From a virus (lineage: Duplodnaviria; Caudoviricetes): a DNA stretch of 64,000 nucleotides. The stretch's first letter is position 1. Every line of letters starts with the position of its first letter. The stretch spans positions 64,001 through 128,000 of the IMG/VR virus record IMGVR_UViG_3300037067_019204, one strand, 5' to 3'. Under the pieces are notes generated by a model. The model ran no database searches and was not told the DNA's origin. It was given only the letters and a program-made list of their open reading frames with translations. This document shows positions 57,785-64,000 of the stretch, one piece after another. The translations under genes were made by a program, and so were the position numbers.

Positions 57785-58024
57785 TCACACTTCATATATT
57801 CTACAAGTCCTATCTGTATCACTTACATTATGTTGTATTTTATAACACTCCTTGTAAGAATCCTTTAACCAAAAAGGACTAAATAATATTAAACCTGTTT
57901 TCTCACAACACATATTCACATTATCAACATGGTTCTCACATGAATATCGTTGTGCTCTATAATGGCCCACACGTCTGTATGGGCATAATGGAGTACATTC
58001 TGTCAAAACTATTATTTTACTCAT
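57785..58024 (-). CDS. Small Cys-rich paralog, family A (divergent)
   Basis: MSKII...CTPLCP...H...CCEKTG...C. Confidence 0.65.
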   Translation of the reverse strand: MSKIIVLTECTPLCPYRRVGHYRAQRYSCENHVDNVNMCCEKTGLILFSPFWLKDSYKECYKIQHNVSDTDRTCRIYEV

Positions 58025-58242
58025 TTTTTTATATAAATATTCCTCTCACTAAAAATACAGGACTCATCTTTAAATGAAATTGTAAACCAATTACTTCTTC
58101 CTTCTACATATAAATAATAACCTGTTTTATTACAATGAATAGAACCCCCCACCACACTTTCTATAATATTATTATTATGACTATTATGGCTTCTTCTTTT
58201 GCACCATGCGGGGCATTCTTGTACTTGTATTATCTTTGACAT
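58021..58242 (-). CDS. Small Cys-rich paralog, family A
   Basis: CPAWC...H...GGSIHCNKTG..LY...WF..SF...CIF. Confidence 0.7.
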   Translation of the reverse strand: MSKIIQVQECPAWCKRRSHNSHNNNIIESVVGGSIHCNKTGYYLYVEGRSNWFTISFKDESCIFSERNIYIKK

Positions 58243-58476
58243 TTAGCATCCAATAATCTCAGCAATGAACCATATTGCAAGAGCAGTACATAAAAGCTTA
58301 CCTATTATTAGACCAATCCAATATGCTCCCACAAAGGTGGTAGTATTACGTGAAAATTTGTATATTGTATCATTAACTTGTTTATCGTGTTCTTGTTTAG
58401 CTTGTTTGTATGATCCAGCAACTCCATATTTGCAGACTACATTGGCATAATAAGAATTAATTTTATTCTTATCCAT
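58243..58476 (-). CDS. Hypothetical membrane protein
   Basis: C-terminal TM. Confidence 0.55.
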   Translation of the reverse strand: MDKNKINSYYANVVCKYGVAGSYKQAKQEHDKQVNDTIYKFSRNTTTFVGAYWIGLIIGKLLCTALAIWFIAEIIGC

Positions 58477-58720
58477 TTTTTTTGCCTTTATCTTTGGAAA
58501 TAGAAATATCTTGTACTCGTTCGTTTAAATAACGTGTTATTCTTTTTTGTAGAACTTTTTTATAAAAGTTAGTTATTATTAAAGCTCTTGCCTCTCCTCT
58601 AAAATATAACCCAGAATTTGTATGTCCTTCATATGTTATAAGATAACCAATATCAATTATTGATATTGTATCACGTAAATAGTAAAATAGCTGTCTTATT
58701 AATGTTTTCATACGATTCAT
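58469..58720 (-). CDS. Hypothetical protein
   Basis: 83-aa ORF; true start may be the second ATG (58711). Confidence 0.55.
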   Translation of the reverse strand: MNRMKTLIRQLFYYLRDTISIIDIGYLITYEGHTNSGLYFRGEARALIITNFYKKVLQKRITRYLNERVQDISISKDKGKKNG

Positions 58721-58746
58721 ATCGGCATATCCTTTGTTAATCTTTA
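58719..58746 (-). promoter_or_regulatory. sigma28-like promoter
   Basis: TAAAGATTAACAAAGGATATGCCGATAT (TAAA-N16-GCCGATAT). Confidence 0.5.
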
Positions 58747-58839
58747 GTAATTTTTTTAAAAAAATGAAAAATTTATTATAATAAAATTTATATTAAAATT
58801 TTACTTGACACTTTTATACCTATATGATTATATTACTTT

Positions 58840-58922
58840 TGTAGAGTATATAACCGTATATAATAACCTCCTATTTAAAAGCTTAGGCTAAGACCGGACC
58901 CCCTTGAAAAAGGGGGTTTCTC
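58840..58922 (+). ncRNA. Candidate small RNA with anti-Shine-Dalgarno motif
   Basis: + strand TTGACA (58805) promoter, no ORF, AACCTCCT, ACCCCCTT-GAAA-AAGGGGGT hairpin. Confidence 0.3.
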
Positions 58923-59334
58923 ATTCTAAATTCCCCCTTTTTGGAAATCCTTTTTTGATCATGTCTTTAAGAGCATCAAAAGTATACCATTCCGTATAAT
59001 GTATAGTTTTATTTTTATTGGTAAATTGAATTCCAATATACAAAATTTCATGCTTTAACTTCCAAGTAAAAAAAACATCACCTGTGGTACTCATATCAGG
59101 ATATTCGCCATAGAGTATAGTTTTATCATTATTATTTCTAAAAGTATAACCCACCATACCATAAAGATCATGTACAAGTTTATTTTCATAGAACACAAAT
59201 CCAAAATCACTGTAAACAACATAGTGTTCACATGAAGCTAAATAGTATTTCCCGTTTTCATATTTTATCTTTTGTGGAGTTGAACACTGACAAAATATAA
59301 CTAAAAATGCTAATATAAATATTAATTTTTTCAT
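58921..59334 (-). CDS. Putative lipoprotein
   Basis: MKKLIFILAFLVIFCQC signal peptide/lipobox-like. Confidence 0.6.
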   Translation of the reverse strand: MKKLIFILAFLVIFCQCSTPQKIKYENGKYYLASCEHYVVYSDFGFVFYENKLVHDLYGMVGYTFRNNNDKTILYGEYPDMSTTGDVFFTWKLKHEILYIGIQFTNKNKTIHYTEWYTFDALKDMIKKGFPKRGNLE

Positions 59335-59543
59335 ACTACCTCCGCTTCATCAAACGAAACATTATCTTTTATTTGTTCCACCACAAAAGGTTCGCCACCT
59401 CCCTCTGTTTTGCTTTTTTTTCTCTTCATTATTTTACCACATAATGAACAAATAACTTCATCTGGTCTTTCCCCATCTGTTTCCACTGTGGTTACAAAAC
59501 CGCACACACAATGAAATTCATACCCCATCCTTGTTGATTTCAA
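59331..59543 (-). CDS. Zn-ribbon protein
   Basis: YEFHCVCG...CSLCG..MKR. Confidence 0.65.
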   Translation of the reverse strand: MKSTRMGYEFHCVCGFVTTVETDGERPDEVICSLCGKIMKRKKSKTEGGGEPFVVEQIKDNVSFDEAEVV

Positions 59544-59557
59544 TTGAATCTCCTTTT

Positions 59558-59905
59558 TTATGAAGTACTACAACGTCTTTCTCTCAGTTTAGTAAGAGAA
59601 ATATAATAAGAATATGTTTTATTTTTTTCTTTTCCGCAAACAGGACAGTCGTATACAGCAAATACTGTGTGAACAATAATTCTAGGTAAGATACCGTGAC
59701 GGCTATCGTTTGTGCAAAAATTAGTACGACCCCAAGTATTAGCAGAAGTTAGTCTATCTGGATTAAATCTATTAATATCACCCTGAGTTTCTCCTGATGC
59801 AAATCCACAATTTCTGCATACCATTACACCCTTTTTTGGGATATAAAAAGTACTTTTTATTCTTAATATAATTTTTTGTATTAATGATAATTCATAATAG
59901 TTCAT
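59558..59905 (-). CDS. Zn-ribbon hypothetical protein
   Basis: CRNCG...CPVCG. Confidence 0.6.
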   Translation of the reverse strand: MNYYELSLIQKIILRIKSTFYIPKKGVMVCRNCGFASGETQGDINRFNPDRLTSANTWGRTNFCTNDSRHGILPRIIVHTVFAVYDCPVCGKEKNKTYSYYISLTKLRERRCSTS

Positions 59906-59912
59906 ATGTTTA

Positions 59913-60143
59913 TTATTCCCATCCCTTTATTTCCCAATGCTCTGGTCCAATACAATATGTTCCCCACCTACGTCCATATGATCTTCCTTTATTGGTTGAA
60001 ATAAACATACGCAAATCTATTACGGATTCTATATCTTTTCTATATTCTTTTGTCTGAATATTATAGCATTCTGTATATAATAAAGTACCTTCTCGGAAAA
60101 AATGGTCGCTCGCTGAGAAATTATATCCTATATTTATAGGCAT
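59913..60143 (-). CDS. Hypothetical protein
   Basis: 76-aa ORF in operon. Confidence 0.5.
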   Translation of the reverse strand: MPINIGYNFSASDHFFREGTLLYTECYNIQTKEYRKDIESVIDLRMFISTNKGRSYGRRWGTYCIGPEHWEIKGWE

Positions 60144-60147
60144 TTAT

Positions 60148-60582
60148 TTATACCAGCATAACAACATATTTAAAGATAAGATATAACGTAACAAGATGTA
60201 TTGTGTTGTCTGCAACAGTATGAACTATAGCAGTATAACAAATATATGCAATACTATATATATCTTTTGATTCATCATAATCGGTCATTGCTTTTGACCA
60301 GTTTCTTCCGTTTATAAAGTAAAACCAATTTTCTACTACTGTTGTGCCATCAATTATAAAATGGGTCAGGAGTATAAGACTTAGTACTATCCACTTTTGC
60401 CCTGTCCCAAGATTATTTAATTCAGGCATTGTGCTGATATAAACTGCAAGTGTATAAATAAAGCAATGAATAAAACACCGGAAACCTTTTTCTTTTTTGT
60501 TTAATGCCATCCAATCATTTTGGAGAAAATAATCCCCAATCAAATGGCCCATAAGAAGCCTAAAAAAGAATTCTGTTGTCAT
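60148..60582 (-). CDS. DUF3307-like membrane protein
   Basis: HLIGDYFLQ..WMA..K, H...Y, THFIID, DNTIH. Confidence 0.75.
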   Translation of the reverse strand: MTTEFFFRLLMGHLIGDYFLQNDWMALNKKEKGFRCFIHCFIYTLAVYISTMPELNNLGTGQKWIVLSLILLTHFIIDGTTVVENWFYFINGRNWSKAMTDYDESKDIYSIAYICYTAIVHTVADNTIHLVTLYLIFKYVVMLV

Positions 60583-60703
60583 ATTATCTCCCCTTTATTA
60601 AAAGAAATATACAAATTATTGTACCTATTATGGAACCTACAATTAATATTGCAAACCCCACTGAACCTATTATGTTTAATATTGAATATATCATAATACC
60701 TTT

Positions 60704-61015
60704 TTATGATGGCATATGGAATAAATGCACTACTACAATAGCAAAAAAAATTGAGAATAGTATTGAACAAATTATTCCAATACAAGGATAAAGAGCATCA
60801 CTTTCTTTTAACCTAATATAATTTCTCTTTATCTTTTCTTTAACTGTTTCCTTAATTATTTTTAAAGGACAATCTATTGGAAAATTACCAATTTTAGTAC
60901 CAAACATACCTGAATGTCTTCTACAAAAAATACTATATCCTTCGATTGTGTGGTAGACACCACAACAGTGGGGACAAAATATTTCACATTGATGTAGTCT
61001 ATATATTTTCGTCAT
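60704..61015 (-). CDS. Cys-rich paralog, family B, with C-terminal TM
   Basis: KIYRL..C...CP...C...FPIDCPL. Confidence 0.6.
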   Translation of the reverse strand: MTKIYRLHQCEIFCPHCCGVYHTIEGYSIFCRRHSGMFGTKIGNFPIDCPLKIIKETVKEKIKRNYIRLKESDALYPCIGIICSILFSIFFAIVVVHLFHMPS

Positions 61016-61208
61016 ACTTACTTTTCTTTGTGCTTTCATCTTTTAATGGACAAAATCTGGGAAACACGCCTGCTTTTGTAGTAAGATGAATATGAATAAG
61101 CTCATATGTTGCCCGACAACCTTTTTCTTCATTTCTTTGAGTACCCCACGCTTTTTCAAAATATGGGCAATGTGGTCCACAATTTTTTATTTTTAAAATT
61201 TTTGACAT
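60999..61208 (-). CDS. Cys-rich paralog, family B
   Basis: MSKILKI..C...CPYF...C...FPRFCPL. Confidence 0.65.
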   Translation of the reverse strand: MSKILKIKNCGPHCPYFEKAWGTQRNEEKGCRATYELIHIHLTTKAGVFPRFCPLKDESTKKSKYDENI

Positions 61209-61212
61209 TATA

Positions 61213-61494
61213 CTAATCCATTACTTTCAAAGGGCAATCGTTTGGAAAAACACTACCACTGCCCGTAATATGTATATAATCACGCATAAGCCTACATGAG
61301 TATGGTGGGAAAGTTATTAATCCCATAGAACGATAGTGGGATGAATACGATCTTTTAAAATTAGGGCAAGAAGGATCACACTTGTTAATTCTTAATATTT
61401 TTGTATAAGGTTTAGCTTCTGTTACTCTAATAGATGTATATTCATCCCACGTATAACCATATTTTTCATTCGTAGCATACCAAGACATAGCCAA
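61213..61494 (-). CDS. Cys-rich paralog, family B
   Basis: KILRI..C...CPNF...C...FPNDCPL. Confidence 0.65.
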   Translation of the reverse strand: MAMSWYATNEKYGYTWDEYTSIRVTEAKPYTKILRINKCDPSCPNFKRSYSSHYRSMGLITFPPYSCRLMRDYIHITGSGSVFPNDCPLKVMD

Positions 61495-61506
61495 TATGTT
61501 ACTTAC

Positions 61507-61746
61507 TTATATCCCGCGCTCTGTCACAGGACGTTCAGTTGGTTTATCTTTTTCCTTTTTAAGGCTTTCACTGTCTTCCAGTGGACACCAATTGGGGAAA
61601 TTTTTAACCATAGTTGCGGTTGCTATAACCTTATTTTCTTCGGGGGCAGAAGGATGGTCACAATAAGCACCTTCGTCTACACAGCAACCTTCCTGAAAGA
61701 AGGGGCAATTATTATCACAACGAGAAAGTTCAAGTATTCTTACCAT
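61507..61746 (-). CDS. Cys-rich paralog, family B
   Basis: RILEL..C...CPFF...C...FPNWCPL; AGGAG RBS. Confidence 0.65.
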   Translation of the reverse strand: MVRILELSRCDNNCPFFQEGCCVDEGAYCDHPSAPEENKVIATATMVKNFPNWCPLEDSESLKKEKDKPTERPVTERGI

Positions 61747-61777
61747 AGTAGTTCTCCTTTTACTTTATTTGTTATAT

Positions 61778-61805
61778 TTATCGACATTTTTTCCTAAAAA
61801 CTTTA
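61778..61805 (-). promoter_or_regulatory. sigma28-like promoter
   Basis: TAAAGTTTTTAGGAAAAAATGTCGATAA (TAAA-N16-GTCGATAA), intergenic upstream of 61746. Confidence 0.55.
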
Positions 61806-61816
61806 ATACTTTTTAT

Positions 61817-62554
61817 TTATATATTCTTTTTTCTTACTTTATAGTTTTTAACTATATAGTCAGATATTGCGTTTTCATACTTTTTACGAGTTAAGGTTCT
61901 CATGCCGGGAGCCGAATTGACCTCAAATATGCACAATGCCCCATTTGCACAAACACCCACATCTACTGCCCCAAAAACAAGACCCAGACATTGAACTGAT
62001 TTGACAATGGTTCTGCATTGAGCCGCAGTAAATGTTTTTTTGACAGGCATTTCCATATATTTGTAATTGGAAAGATTTTTTATCCAGCTTTCTCTGTGGC
62101 CGGGACGAAGTGTTTTTTTATCTACATGAAATATACTGTCACCAATTACATGACACCTGTATTCGTCTTCGCATTCCACAAATTCTTCAAAGTATTGCTC
62201 TTTATTAGGAGCAATTCGGCATTCTTTTTCAAGAAGTTGCATTCCCTCTCCTCTTGAATGTCTTACACGTTTAACTACTTGTGGGTAAGACGGAAAAAGT
62301 TCCATTGAAAAATCAGGTGACGGTATTTTGCTTTTTTTAAATATTGTTTTCATTGTCAGTTTGTTATGACAATTTGATATTCCTTTATTGGTATTAAAGG
62401 ATATGTCTGTTGTTTTTTCAGGAGCTTCACCAAAATACACATTCACTCTTTTAGAAAAAGAAGAGAAGTGAAAATTTTGGTGAGACTCATGGTGACTATG
62501 TACCATAAGGCGGTGGAATGTTATCGGGGTTTTGGGTTTCGCTTTTTTTTCCAT
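61817..62554 (-). CDS. ATP-grasp (RimK-like) ligase
   Basis: NKL, HSRGEG, EYRCHV, FGAVD, FEVNSAPG. Confidence 0.8.
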   Translation of the reverse strand: MEKKAKPKTPITFHRLMVHSHHESHQNFHFSSFSKRVNVYFGEAPEKTTDISFNTNKGISNCHNKLTMKTIFKKSKIPSPDFSMELFPSYPQVVKRVRHSRGEGMQLLEKECRIAPNKEQYFEEFVECEDEYRCHVIGDSIFHVDKKTLRPGHRESWIKNLSNYKYMEMPVKKTFTAAQCRTIVKSVQCLGLVFGAVDVGVCANGALCIFEVNSAPGMRTLTRKKYENAISDYIVKNYKVRKKNI

Positions 62555-62558
62555 TTGT

Positions 62559-62744
62559 TTATCCTTTACATATAAAATAAATACAGACTGCCCAAATTAT
62601 TATTAGTAATAAAGCTCTGGGTAGAGTGTGTATAAGATTTATTACTCCATCTACTATCCCAGAAAACACAGCATCTTTTTTTGATATTAAAAGCAGAGTA
62701 CTATCTTCATTCGTCTTTTTTAAAGATGTTCTTTTGTATTTCAT
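62559..62744 (-). CDS. Small membrane protein
   Basis: C-terminal TM. Confidence 0.45.
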   Translation of the reverse strand: MKYKRTSLKKTNEDSTLLLISKKDAVFSGIVDGVINLIHTLPRALLLIIIWAVCIYFICKG

Positions 62745-63003
62745 TTAATTTTTCCTGCACAAGAATCCTTACTGGTGTAGTATACTTTCTAAAAACTCCC
62801 TTTACCTTTTCTGATTCTGTGCCTTGCCAACTTTGCATATTTTTATATGCAATAAGTAATTGTTTTTTTATTTCTTTATCGCCCCCTATAATATCAGCAA
62901 GGAGAAGAGTCGAACCATCCAGAGCAAGCTGTACTGCAAGATGATCACACTCTTTTCTGGCAATAGATATTGCCCATTTCAAGTCCTTTTCGTTTAGTAT
63001 CAT
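62707..63003 (-). CDS. Hypothetical protein
   Basis: 98-aa ORF in operon. Confidence 0.6.
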   Translation of the reverse strand: MILNEKDLKWAISIARKECDHLAVQLALDGSTLLLADIIGGDKEIKKQLLIAYKNMQSWQGTESEKVKGVFRKYTTPVRILVQEKLNEIQKNIFKKDE

Positions 63004-63018
63004 ATGTACCTTCCTGTA

Positions 63019-63381
63019 TCATACAGCCCCTCTTGTTTGTTTTTGTTGATATTCTTTTTTTATTATAGTTAATACCTCTTTCCATTTTTTGTTAAATTCT
63101 TCATCGTGCTTCCCCGGATATACCTTATGTTTCAATAATATATGAGCCGTCTCATGTGCTAAAGCGTTTTGAACCATGAAAAGAGATTTAATTTCATACG
63201 CATTCAAAAGAAAGTTTGCACTTTTTTTATTGTAAACACAAGCTGACATGCTTACTTCATCAGGAGAAGTGCTAGTAAAAGAATGTGTAGTAAGAGTAAT
63301 ATCTATTTTTCTTTTACATAGTCTTTCCAGAATGATTTGGAGTCTATGCCATTTTATTTTAATAGGTGCTTGTTCATTCAT
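63019..63381 (-). CDS. Zincin (SprT/YgjP-like) metallopeptidase-like protein
   Basis: LAHETAH.......HDEEF. Confidence 0.65.
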   Translation of the reverse strand: MNEQAPIKIKWHRLQIILERLCKRKIDITLTTHSFTSTSPDEVSMSACVYNKKSANFLLNAYEIKSLFMVQNALAHETAHILLKHKVYPGKHDEEFNKKWKEVLTIIKKEYQQKQTRGAV

Positions 63382-63998
63382 ATCAAGCTATCCTTTGATC
63401 TTCCCCCCCAGCGATTGGTTATAGGAATAACCGCAGAACCACCCCCGCTACTTCCTCTTGCTGTTACAGGTAGGTCTGCTTTTTCTGATTCTTCCTTTTT
63501 GTAATCACTTCCATAATTGCACCCATAATCAGAATCATAGTCATAATATTTGTATGATCTGCCATACCCATATTTTTTATAACTGTTATTTGAAAAGAGG
63601 ATGCCGTCACATACTTCAAAGTCCTTCGGAGACCTTACCCAGACTTTATCAGGAGAAAAAATTATGAACTTTCCTGAAAGCTTTGTGAGAACCTTTAGCC
63701 CCAGTTGTGACACAAGCATTGCCGCCATTCGGGAATCACTCATTTCTCCTTCAGGGAAAAACTTGTTGGCTATAAAGAAGGGCATTTCATAGTCTTCCCA
63801 ACGTGTAATACATCCATTATGGAATAGAACTGAAGACCTCCCACTATAAGAAAGTTTAAGGGGGCTTTTGGTTGAAACAAGAAATGGGTGTGTAAGTTCC
63901 TGAGTTTTCCCACCCGCTGTTCCTATACGGAAGTGAACAACATGCAGATGACCTTCCAACTTAAGCTTTTGATATGTATCCCATGCTGTCTCAACTTT
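63378..63998 (-). CDS. Class II (Ntn) glutamine amidotransferase-like protein; 5' end outside window
   Basis: HFRIGT.G.......HPF, FHNG, SDS, FSN; frame open to the window edge. Confidence 0.78.
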   Translation of the reverse strand, partial: KVETAWDTYQKLKLEGHLHVVHFRIGTAGGKTQELTHPFLVSTKSPLKLSYSGRSSVLFHNGCITRWEDYEMPFFIANKFFPEGEMSDSRMAAMLVSQLGLKVLTKLSGKFIIFSPDKVWVRSPKDFEVCDGILFSNNSYKKYGYGRSYKYYDYDSDYGCNYGSDYKKEESEKADLPVTARGSSGGGSAVIPITNRWGGRSKDSLI

Positions 63999-64000
63999 CA

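Noticed and set aside
233-63792. Many short opposite-strand ORFs in the track (e.g. 233-526, 7484-7783, 21733-22011, 53842-54213)
   Set aside because: Antisense shadows of well-supported genes, with no RBS or motifs.
1-64000. Alternative genetic code, tRNA or rRNA genes
   Set aside because: Conserved genes are full length in code 11 and use TAA, TAG and TGA stops; no cloverleaf or rRNA-like sequence recognised by eye (tRNAscan not run).

Overview
AT-rich (roughly 28-30% GC by eye) segment of a large lytic-type dsDNA tailed phage, standard genetic code. The left ~39 kb is mostly + strand and holds core genes: ankyrin protein, SbcC/gp46-like ATPase, NlpC/P60 hydrolase, class II RNR with a GIY-YIG endonuclease, T5 A1-like nuclease, SSB, RuvC, UDG-PolA fusion, RecA, helicase loader, DnaB, DnaG, a tubulin/FtsZ-family GTPase, SF2 helicase, sigma factor, a capsid-like paralog and an intein-containing large terminase. 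The right ~24 kb is a - strand accessory block of small ORFs. It contains PncA/PncB/NadE NAD salvage genes interleaved with a vWA-PP2C-kinase (TerY-P-like) triad, two tandem families of small Cys-rich paralogs, and ATP-grasp/GATase genes. The strongest candidate novel system lies where the two blocks converge (39138-39673): a Cas-less, leader-less mini CRISPR-like array (4 x 28-nt atypical repeat, 3 x 33-nt spacers) next to a ~180-nt multi-hairpin element with an anti-repeat just before a terminator, i.e. a tracrRNA-like partner with no effector gene in the window. Also notable: three sigma28-like promoters, a four-copy 22-bp palindromic motif, a Thr1 intein and several pseudo-enzymes. All protein calls come from motif recognition by eye, not database searches.
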